A stretch of DNA of 31,613 nt from Cirrosporium novae-zelandiae (Eukaryota): positions 62,001-93,613 of the forward strand of contig JAPETS010000066.1 in NCBI GenBank assembly GCA_026023565.1. Reading direction: 5' to 3'. Positions 20,791-31,613 of the stretch are shown here, piece by piece. The translations under genes were made by a program, and so were the position numbers. How positions within the stretch are numbered: the stretch's first letter is position 1; each line of letters begins with the position of its first letter. The notes below the pieces were generated by a model that was not told the origin of the DNA, did no database searches, and was given only the letters and a program-made list of their open reading frames with translations.

Positions 20791-23700
20791 ATAAAAATAT
20801 TATAATATAATTATTATAAAAAATACGATATAATAATTATAATTTTAAAATTAATTATATAAATTAGAATGGATATAATATTATTACAAAAATCTGGCCA
20901 AAAATTAAAAAAAAAAATATTATATCCAGTATAGGATTTTTATTGGCCCGAATTAAAGACCCAAATAGGGAATAAAATTATAAAAACGGTTATTATTATA
21001 TATAAAAATCGAAAAAATATTATATTTAAAATAATCGTAAAAATTAATTTAATTAATTATTTTTATTTCGTAATATTGGATATTAATAGGATAAACGTAA
21101 ATAAAAAAATAAAAAATTTAATTAGAATAATTAATATTTACGATTAAAAATTAAAAAATATATATTTTTAAAAATAAAACCGATAATAAAAATTTAAAAA
21201 AATTTTATAGAATATAAAATAAAAATCTATTTTTAATACCGCCCAGAATATTTAGTTCGGAAAAAAATCGGTTTATTATTTAATAATTAATTTAATAATA
21301 ATTAATTTTATTATAAAATCGTTTTAAAAATAATTAATAAACATAGTAATCGATAATATAAATAATAAATTAAAAATTAATTCAGATTATATTTTTATTT
21401 AATTCGAATAAAAAAATTAACGCTCAAAAATAAATTAATTAATCCTAAATTCGTAGAATTTAAAACCGCTGAAAAACCCCCAACAACAAATTAAAATAAA
21501 ACAAAAATAAAAATTCTAATTAATTACGAAAAATACGTTAATCATAAATTATATAAAATCGTAATTAAAAAATAAAATATAAAAAATTATTATTTAATTA
21601 AAAATTATTCTAAATAAATACGTAAAATTTAAATAGGTATATATTTGATCGAAAATTTAGTAAAACCCCGAATATATTATTAAAAAATACGAGTATTATA
21701 GAATTTTTAAAAAAACGAAATAAAAACGCCGAATTTATAAAAAAATTAAAATAATATTCAAAAAATTTATAAAATTAATTAAAATTAAAAAAGAAAATAA
21801 ATAAATTGATTTTTTTTAAATATATATAAAAAAAAAACGATCTAAATAAATTTTTAAATCCCGAAAATATTTAATAAAAATAAAAAACATTAAAATATTA
21901 TAAATTTTAAAATTAAAACCCGATACCGGTATTCCGTATAAAAAACGGGAGAATAATAATAAAAATTAAAATTAAAAAAGCTTTTATATAAAAACGAATT
22001 TTCCCGTTATTCCTAAAAAATCCCGAACCCCGGTTTTTAATAAAAAAAGTATTCGTTTAATAATTATCCGAAAAAACGGTACGAAAAATATTATATATAT
22101 AAAATACGAATAAAACCTTAAAATATAATAATATTTAATTTAAAACGTTATATATATTATAATAATAAAACCTTAATAAAATAATAAAAATAATCCGATA
22201 TTATTTTCAATTAAAATATTATCCGACGTAATAAAAATATATTTAGGGAATATTATTATTCAAACCCGGAAAAACCGATAAAATATTAATTAAAAATTAT
22301 AGAATAATAAATCTATTATATTATTTAAATAAAATAATCGAAAAAATTATAATTAATACGTTAATAAATATATATAAAAATTTAAATAAATTATATAAAA
22401 ACTAATTTAGATCGAAACGTAATCGAAATATAATTAATACGTTTACGTATTTAATATATCGAATAAAAAAAATTTAATTAAAAATAAATAATTTATATTT
22501 TATTTATAAACGTTAAAAAAATATTTAATTATATATTATAATTTAAATTAATATAACGTCTAAAATAATTAGAAATCGATAGAAATATTATTAAATAAAT
22601 AATTAATTTTATAATCCAACGAAATATCGAATTAATAATCGACGGAAAAATATAATCCTGAATTAATATAGAAATAGGGGTACCGTAAAAGTCGTTTATA
22701 TCCCTAATATTATTTTTGATATATTGCAGCGGGTTATTTGCAGCTATAAAATAAGCAATCCCTAAAATCAAAATTTTATTATTCGTGGACGATATAAATT
22801 TCTCGATTATTTATATAAATAATAAATAAACCCGGAAAACTATCTAATAAATAGCGAAAAGGGCGGTTTAATAAAAAAAATTAAAATTCGACGTTTAAAA
22901 AACTGAGATTATAATTTTTTTTAAATTACGAAAACATTAAATTTAAATAAATATTAAATCGAAAATTAAAATCGATAATTATTTAATCGAATATAAAAAA
23001 AATTACGTACGGTAATTAAATATATAATTAAACCCGAAATTTAATTTTTAAATCTATTACGCCTAGCGCCTAATTAAAATTAGGCGCACGGAAAAAATAA
23101 TTAAATATATATATTACCGAAACGGGCTATTTACGGGGTTTATAGGCCAAATAATAATAACGATTATAATATTAATTTATATATACGGATATAAAATTTA
23201 GTGGAAAAGATAAACCGGGTATTAAATAGAATTTCAAAAATTATTAAATAAGCTTACAAAATTAATAATTAGGATTTATAAAATAACTCTAATAACAGCG
23301 ATTATATAGAAAATTTATATATATCCTGTAAATATAATATTAGATACCGCGTAAAAAAAATACGGATTTCGATATTTCTAAAAAATCGAAAAAAATCTAA
23401 CGAATATAATATTATTTATAATATTAAAAATAAAGAATATAAACGTTTAATTAAAAAAATAATCGTTAGAAAATTTTTAATAAATCCAGAAAATTAAAAA
23501 AAATACGTTAAATTAATATTTAATTATAACGATAATCTAAAAAATAATAAATCTGAATTTTAAAATCGAAAAAATCTAAATAATTAAAAAAAATAATAAT
23601 ATTTCCCGAATAATAGGTTTTTAACGAGGCGATAACGTAAAACTAGAAAAACGTATATTAATCGAATAAATTTAGATTAAACGATCGTAAAATAGAGGTG

Positions 23701-24927
23701 GGGGTAGCCTGGAGAATAATCGAAAAAATCCCGTAAATAATACGGAAATATTACCTCGGTCAAAATAAAAAAATATTGGATATAAAATTTTAGGAAATAT
23801 AAACGGTTTTAGAAATAATAATTAAAATAAATCCAAATATTTAAATAATCCCCGAAAAAATAATAATATTATTATTCGATTCGCAGACGGCAATTAAATG
23901 GATCGAAAAAAAAAAATTAAAAAAAAATTAGATGATCGTATAAATAATATATAAATATATTAAATATTTAATTAATTAAAAAACGAAAATCGTAATTAAA
24001 TAAATTCTAGAATATTATAAAATATTTAAAAACGAAATAATAAATTAAACGGCTAAAATAAACGTAACGCTAAAAAATAATAAAATAATTAAATAAATCT
24101 CGTTAATTTATATAACCCGCAATATAATCGAAAAACGGATTATAAAAATATATAATTAATTATATAATTAAAAAATAAAATAATTATTCGATAGATTTTA
24201 TAAAATATAAAAAAAATATAAAAAAAATTAGGTATTAAAATATATATCTAAAAAATTGGTAAATAAATTCTACCAATTAAAAATAGGATACGTTATTACC
24301 AAAAAATATATATATTGTACGAAAATTATTATTATTTTAGAATATTAATAATACGGAATTTTATATTAAAATATTTTTTATTTAATATTAATATACCCGC
24401 GCTAAAAAACGATTAAAACCCGTTTACAAAAAATAATAAAAAAACGGGAGAATTAATAGCCGAGTATAGCCAATAAAAAAAAACTAATATTAAAAAACCG
24501 AAAATTTTTTAAAAATTGGGTGCGTTTTTTAAATAATACGGAAATAGAGAAATCCCAATTCTGGACCAGATACGAAAAAAAAAATCGTAAGATATATTTA
24601 GATTAAAGGTAGATAAAACCCAGATACGGGGGAGAAAAAAACCCAAACGTAAATATTAGATAGAAATAAAACCCGTAATAAATATATAAAATAAATATAT
24701 ACATAAATAAAAATTAAAAAAATCGAAAATAAATACGAGCAAATTTATTTATAGATTACGAACACTGAAATAACATTAAAAAACTATCTAATTAAATAAA
24801 TCAGATAATTCTAAAAAATCTAAAAAAAAGGGGAAATTATATAGCCGAACCAAAAAATAACCCCTATTATTTTAATTAAAAATAAGCCCGAAAAAGGATA
24901 CAAAAAGGCCTAAAAACCCCCGAATAG
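20791..24927 (+). pseudogene. LINE ORF2: APE endonuclease, reverse transcriptase and RNase H, RIP-destroyed
   Basis: Inferred MKVLQYNC..DIILLQ(E) at 20791-20892; KPGK.D..NYR.I(S)LL..L(G)K.IEK at about 22262-22345; GVP(QG)S(PV)S(P)ILFLIY at about 22677-22724; FVDD at 22782-22793 (28110-28121 in A). RNase H (W)SDG is intact as tcg gac gga in A at about 28952, with DSQTAI at about 23878-23895. The end is approximate. Confidence 0.85.
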
Positions 24928-24986
24928 AGTCCGTCATAGCTTCTAAACGATATATGGACATAAAACAATGAATAATCATCATCATC

Positions 24987-25000
24987 AATAGAGAAAGAAT
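24987..25000 (+). repeat. Right target-site duplication of LINE copy B
   Basis: AATAGAGAAAGAAT immediately after ..aatcatcatcatc. Confidence 0.92.
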
Positions 25001-28000
25001 TAAATATTCGGGCCCTACAGTATTAATAGTAACGGCGATTAACGCCAAATTAATTAATTTAAATATACCGCCTGAATTACGGATACGGGAAATCTATATT
25101 AATAAAAAAAATAATCTAAAAATTACGTTCGATAAAAAAATTAATACGGGTATATTAATATCTAAATATAAATAAAAAATTTTAAAAATCGTAATAAAAA
25201 TAAATAATACGATAATAAATATATATTTATTAAAAATCTTATATTAAATAAAAATATAAAAAATATTTTTAAAAATATTTAAAAATCTAAAAAAACTAAA
25301 TCTAATAAAAAATAATTTAAGAAATATTTATTTATTACCCCGAAACACGGTAATTATATAAATAATACCGGAAAAATACCGCTAAAAATAAATATAAATT
25401 AGATTTATATTAAAAAAAATATATTATTTTAATCAAAATAAAATTTCCGTTCGTAATATATAAAAAATAGAGAACCGAAAATTATTATTTAATAGAACGC
25501 AGATTTCGATATATTTAATAATTCACGCTGGAAATAAATAAAACGTATTTAAAATACGTTTAATTAAAATATAAATTATTCCTAGAATATAAAAATAAAA
25601 CCCCTAAATATATAATATATATAGAAATATACGAAACGTAAAACCACTGGTGTTGGATAATAGAATACAAATCTACGTATACGGGGATTTATATATATAT
25701 TCTATTGAAATATAGAAATTATCTAAACCGTTATATAGCTACGAACGGAAAATATTTAGCGGCCCGAAAAATAAAGACAGAATATACGAAAAAAAAACGC
25801 CGAAAAAACGTTATATAATTATTTTACGTATTTATTTTTTTTAAAAAAAAAATAAGCCTATAGAACTTTAATTAAAAACTAAAAATCCCTGAATCAGAAA
25901 TTTGGGAAAAAATAGAGGAAAAAACGTAAATAATATCTAAAATATTAATAATACCGAAAATACTAATAATACCTATATCGTAAACGGATAATAATATATC
26001 CGAATTATAAATAAAAATATTATAATATAATAATTATAATTTTAGAATCGATTATATAAATTAGGACGAATATAATATTATTATAAAAATTTAATTAAAA
26101 ATTAAAAAAAAAAATATTATATTTAACGTAAAATTTTTATTAATCCGAATTAAAAATTTAAATAAAAAATAAAACCGCAAAAACGGTTATTATTATATAT
26201 AAAAATCGAAAAAATATTATATTTAAAATAATCGTAAAAATTAATTTAATTAATTATTTTTATTTCGTAGCGCTAGATATTAACAGAATAAATATAAACG
26301 AAAAAATAAAAAATCTAATCAGAATAATTAACGTTTACGATTAAAAATTAAAAAATATATATTTCTAAAAATAAAATCGATAATAAAAATCTAAAAAAAT
26401 TTTATAAAATATAAAATAAAAATCTATTTTTAATAAGAATAAAATAATATTAATAAAAAATTTTAATATTTATAATTTAATATAAAAACCTGAACGAATT
26501 ATTTACGTAAATAATACGTTTTTAATAACGTTTATAAAAAAATAGGATTTAATTATATAAAATAATACCGTTTAAAATATTTAATTCGGAAAAAAATCGA
26601 TTTATTATTTAATAATTGATTTAATAATAATTAATCCCGTTATAAAACCGTTTTAAAAATAATTAATAAATATAATAACCGATAATATAAATAATAAATT
26701 AAAAATTAATTTAAATTATATTTTTATTTAATTCGAATAAAAAAATTAACGTCTAAAAATAAATTAATTAACCCCGAATTCGTAGAATTTAAAATCGCTG
26801 AAAAATCCCCAATAATAAATTAAAACGAAATAAAAATAAAAATTCTAATTAAATACGAAAAATATATTAGCCGTAAATTATACGGAATCGTAATTAAAAA
26901 ATAAAATATAAAAAATTATTATTTAATTAAAAATTATTTTAAATAAATATATAAAATTTAAACGGATATACGTTTAATCGAAAATTTAATAAAATCCCGA
27001 ATATATTATTAAAAAACACGAGTATTATATAATTTTTAAAAAAACGAAATAAAAACGCTGAATTTATAAAAAAATTAAAATAATATTTAAAAAATTTATA
27101 AAATTAATTAAAATTAAAAAAAAAAATAAATAAATCGATTTTTTTTAAATATATATAAAAAAAACGATCTAAATAAATTTTTAAATCCCGAAAATATTCA
27201 GCGGGAATAAAAAACACTGAAATATTATAAATCCTAAAACCGAAACCCAATATTAGCGTTCCATATAAAAAACGGAAGAATAACGGTAAAAACCAAAAAT
27301 AAGAAAATTTTTATACGAGAACGAATTTTTCTATTATATCTAAAAAATCCCGAACCCCAGTTTTCGATAAAAAAAAATATTCATTTAATAATTATTCGAA
27401 AAAACGGTACGAAAAACGTTATACGTATAAAATACGAATAAAACTCTAAAATATAACGATATTTAATTTAGAACGTTACGTATATTATAATAATAGAATT
27501 TTAATAAAATAACGGAAATAATCCGATATTATTTTTAATTAAAATATTATTTAATATAATAAAAATATATCTAAAAAATATTATTATTTAAATCTGGAAA
27601 AACTAATAAAATATTAATTAAAAATTATAAAATAATAAATTTATTATATTATTTAAATAAAATAATCGAAAAAATTATAATTAATATATTAACGGATATA
27701 TACGAAAATCTAAATAAATTATATAAAAACTAATTTAAATCGAAATATAATCGAAACGTAATCGATATATTTATATATTTAATATATTAAATAAAAAAAA
27801 ATTTAATTAAAAATAAATAATTTATATTTTATTTATAAATATTAAAAAAACGTGTAATTATATATTATAATTTAAATTAATATAATATTTAAAATAATTA
27901 AAAATCGATAAAAATATTATTAAATAAATAATCAATTTTATAATTTAATAAAACGTCGAATTAATAATCGATAAAGAAATATAATTCTAAATCAATATAA

Positions 28001-30280
28001 AAATAAAAATATTATAAAAATCGCCCGTATTCCTAATATTATTTTTAATATATTGCAGCGGGTTATTCGCAGTCGTAAAACAGGCGATTTTAAAATCAAA
28101 ATTTTATTATTCGTAGACGACGTAAGCTTCTCAACCATTTATATAAATAATAAATAAACCCGAAAAATCATTTAATAAATAATAAAAACGGCGGTTCAAT
28201 AAAAAAAAAAATAAACTAAAATTCGATATTTAAAAAACTAAAATTATATTTTTTTTAGACTATATAAATACTAAATTTAAATAAATATTAAATCGAAAAT
28301 TAAAATCAATAATTATTTAATTAAATATAAAAACGATTATGTACAGTAATTAAATATATAATTAAATCCGAAATTTAATTTTTAAATCTATTACGCCCAA
28401 CGGTTAATTAAAACCCGACGTACGAAAAACGTAATTAAATATATATATTACTAGAACGGATTATTTACTAGATTTACGCGCCAAATAACGGTAACGATTA
28501 TCGTATTAATCTATATATATAAATATAAGATTTAATAAAAAAAATAAATCGGATATTAAATAAAATTTTAGAAATTATTAAATAAATTTATATATATTTC
28601 GTAAATATAATATTAAATACCACGTAAAAAAAATATAGATTTCGGTATTTCTAAAAAACCGAAAAAAATTTAATAAATCTAATATTATTAATAATACTAA
28701 AAATAAAAAACGTAAATATTTAATTAAAAAAATAATCGTTAGAAAATCTTTAATAAATCTAAAAAATTAAAAAAAAAATATTAAATTAATATTTAATTAT
28801 AATAATAATCTAAAAAATAATAAATCCGAGTTTTAAAATTAAAAAAACCCAAATAACCGAAAAAAATAGGTTTTTAAAAAAAATAATAATATTTCCAAAA
28901 TAATAGATTTTCAGCGAAACATTAATATAGGGCTGAAAAAACGTATATTAATCGGACGGATTTAAATTAAAAAACCGCAAAATAAAGGCGGAAATAATCT
29001 AGAAAATAGCCGAAAAAACCCTGTAAACAATACGGAAATATTATTTAAATCAAAATAAAAAGATATTCGATATAAAATTTTAGAGGGCGCAAACGGGCCT
29101 AAAAATAGCGATCAAAATATACCTAAATAATTATAAAATCCCCGGAAAAAAAATAATAATATTATTTGATTCGTAAACGGCTATCAGATAGATCGAAAAA
29201 AAAAATTAAAAAAAAATTAAATAATTATATAAAAAATATACGAATATATTAAATATCTAATAAATTAAAAAACGAAAATCGCTATTAAATAAATTCTAAA
29301 ATACTATAAAATATTAAAAAACGAAATAATAAATTAAACGGCCAAAATAAATATAACGTTAAAAAATAATAAAATAACGGAATAAATTTCGTTAATTTAT
29401 ATAGCCCGTAATAAAACGGAAAAACGGATTATAAAAATATACAATCAATTACGTAATTAAAGAATAGAAAAATCGTTTAATAAATTTTATCGAATATATT
29501 CAAAATATAAAAAAAATAAAATACTAAAATATATATTTAAAAAACTAATAAATAGATTCTATTAAATAAAAACGGGGCACGCCGTTACCGGAAAATATAT
29601 ATACCGCACGAAAACTATTATTACTTCGGAATATTAATAATACGGGGTTTTATATTAAAATATATTTTATTTAATATTAATATATCCGCGCTAAAAAATA
29701 ATTAAAATCTATTTACGGGGAATAATAAAAAAATAGGGGGGCTAATAATCTAATATAGCCGACAAGGAAAAACTAGTATTCGTATTAAAAAATCGAAAAT
29801 TTTTTAAAAATTGGGTACGCTTTTTAAGTAATACGGAAATAAAAAAACCCCAGTTCTGGATTAAATACGAAAAAAAAAATCGTGAAATATATTTAGATTA
29901 AAAATAAATAAAACCCAGATACGGAAAAAAAAAACCCCCAAATATAAATATTAAATAAAAACGGGGCCCGTAATAAATATATAGGATAAATATATACATG
30001 AATAAAAACTGAAAAAATCGAAAATAAATACGAATAAATTTATTTATAAATTATAAATACCGAAATAACGCTAAAAGATTATCCGATTAAATAAATTAGA
30101 TGATTCTAAGAAATTTAAAAAAAAAAGAAACTATATAGCCGAACTAGGGGGTAACCCCCATTATTTTAGCTAAAAATAAACCCGAAAAAAGATACAAAAA
30201 GGCCTAAAAACCCCCGAATAGAATCCGTTATAGTTTCTAAGCGATATATGGATATAAAACAATAAATAATCATTATTATC
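25001..30280 (+). mobile_element. Tad1-clade LINE copy A, 3' part (rest of ORF1, ORF2 from about 26011, tail)
   Basis: Colinear with 19827-24986 of copy B and ends ..aataatcattattatc, the RIPed (ATC)n tail. Confidence 0.92.
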
Positions 30281-30294
30281 ATAAGAAATTATTA
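30281..30294 (+). repeat. Right target-site duplication of LINE copy A
   Basis: ATAAGAAATTATTA, matches 17675-17688. Confidence 0.75.
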
Positions 30295-30628
30295 GAAATA
30301 TTTTATATTAAAAAAAATAAAAAAAAGTTTTTCGGGTTTTAACGATAGAAATATTATTTATTGAATTATTATTTAATATAATGAAAATATATAATAAATT
30401 ATAAAATTATCGAATAATAATTTTATTATTTAAAAATTATTTAAAATTTAAAAAATAAAAATTTATAAATTATATTATTTATATAAATACTATCTATTTT
30501 AAAATAAAAAAAATAAAAATAAAAAAAATAAAAAATTTATATTAATCTAAAAATATATAGAAATTTTTAAATAAAATATTTAATCCGATAAAATCTGATA
30601 AAAACGTTATTTTATTAAACGATAAATC

Positions 30629-31526
30629 TGTCAAGGTTGAAGCTCTGATAATATAGGTAGTGATGCGGATAAGTAGGGTGTCTATATCGTAATAATATTG
30701 AAATAACAGTACTCCTGTATAATACAAAACTGAAAACTAGTTTTTCCTAATTTCTTTTTTATTTTTTTATATAAATCTTTTTATTTAACGTCTTTTTTGT
30801 TTCGGTAATTTATCGGCGCTATATAACGTTATTTCCTCGTTTTTATCCCGTTTTTAATTCTTAAACGTAGCGATTTTTTTTAATGTTTTATTTTTTTTTT
30901 TTTATAATAAAATTCTTTTTTAATATTTTATTTTTTTTTTTATAATATAATCTTTTTTTTTTCTACGATTATTTTTAACCGTTATTTTTAATTTTTTAAC
31001 GTTAATTTTCCGTTCCGTTGGATATAATCTGTTTTTTTTCTAAATTTAATAATATTATAATATATATAAATTCCGTTTTTTATCCGTTATTATTTTTTAT
31101 TCGGCGAAATTATTATTTTTTCTATTTTTTTTTTTTAATAGAGATTTTTTTTATTATCGTTTTATTTCGTTTTTTTATTATTTTTATTTATTTATTATAT
31201 TAATATTATTATTTTTATTCTTATTAATTATTCCATTTTTCTGAAATTATTATTTTTATTTTTTATTCGGATTAGCGTTTTTTTTCCTGAATATAAATAA
31301 TCGCTATTTTTCTTCTATTTTTTCTTTTTATTTTCTTTTTTTTTTAAAATTTTTTTAATATCGCTCGTAAATAATTTTTTTATTTTATTTTTTTTTTTTC
31401 CCTTCTTTTTCTCTGTATCCCGCTCTTTTTTTTTATTCTCCCCGTTTTTATTCCTTCGACATCCCTACTAATTATATATCAGATTTTTTTTCTTTTTATT
31501 TATTTTTTTATCTATTTTTTTCTCTT

Positions 31527-31602
<76 letters not shown>

Positions 31603-31613
31603 TGTTTTTTTTT
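30629..31613 (-). mobile_element. Unidentified RIPed element with reversed strand asymmetry (T-rich on plus), ending in a T-run of about 73 nt (31529-31601)
   Basis: A less-mutated patch starts TGTCAAGGTTGAAG at 30629, then from about 30740 the sequence is T-rich and its minus strand reads like a RIPed Glu/Lys/Arg-rich coding tract. Family unknown. Confidence 0.35.

Larger units (their letters stand above)
18787..24986 (+). mobile_element. Full-length (6.2 kb) RIP-inactivated Tad1-clade non-LTR retrotransposon, copy B, nested in copy A
   Basis: 14-bp TSD, (ATC)n 3' tail and no LTRs. De-RIPed translation shows a gag-like ORF1 and an ORF2 with APE, RT and RNase H motifs. Confidence 0.92.

Noticed and set aside
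19579..31203. Short I/F/Y/N-rich ORFs (19579-19797, 22529-22771, 30542-30727, 31018-31203) and an organelle-like AT composition
   Set aside because: Compositional artefacts of RIPed transposons. LINE motifs, tails and TSDs explain the region, and no mitochondrial genes are present.
31529..31613. Long T-run as a telomere or poly(A) tail
   Set aside because: No TTAGGG repeats. It may be a RIPed purine tract, the tail of an element beyond the window, or an assembly artefact, and this cannot be decided here.

Overview
Filamentous ascomycete (Pezizomycotina-like) genomic DNA in two sharply different halves. The first half (1 to about 15.5 kb) is gene-dense with six genes: a secreted PI-PLC-like phosphodiesterase, a Nudix hydrolase, the Vtc2/3-type SPX-VTC polyphosphate-complex subunit, a Pho80/PREG-type cyclin, an ARMC8/Vid28-like armadillo protein and a PEP2-like SnoaL/NTF2 protein. 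All except the cyclin have introns that I spliced by hand into open frames. The first four genes can all be linked to phosphate metabolism. The two divergent promoters serving vtc and pho80 share a near-identical 18-nt tandem motif (TACCTTGGC-W-TACCTTGG) containing PacC-type GCCAAG cores, which is the best candidate here for an undescribed regulatory system. The second half (about 15.6 kb to the end) is an extremely AT-rich, RIP-mutated repeat block. It holds a full-length Tad1-clade LINE inserted into another copy of the same family (each with a 14-bp TSD), two inverted 3' fragments, a Helitron-like 3' terminus and unidentifiable relics. The mutation pattern strongly spares CpG. Everything was read by eye; no database searches were run.
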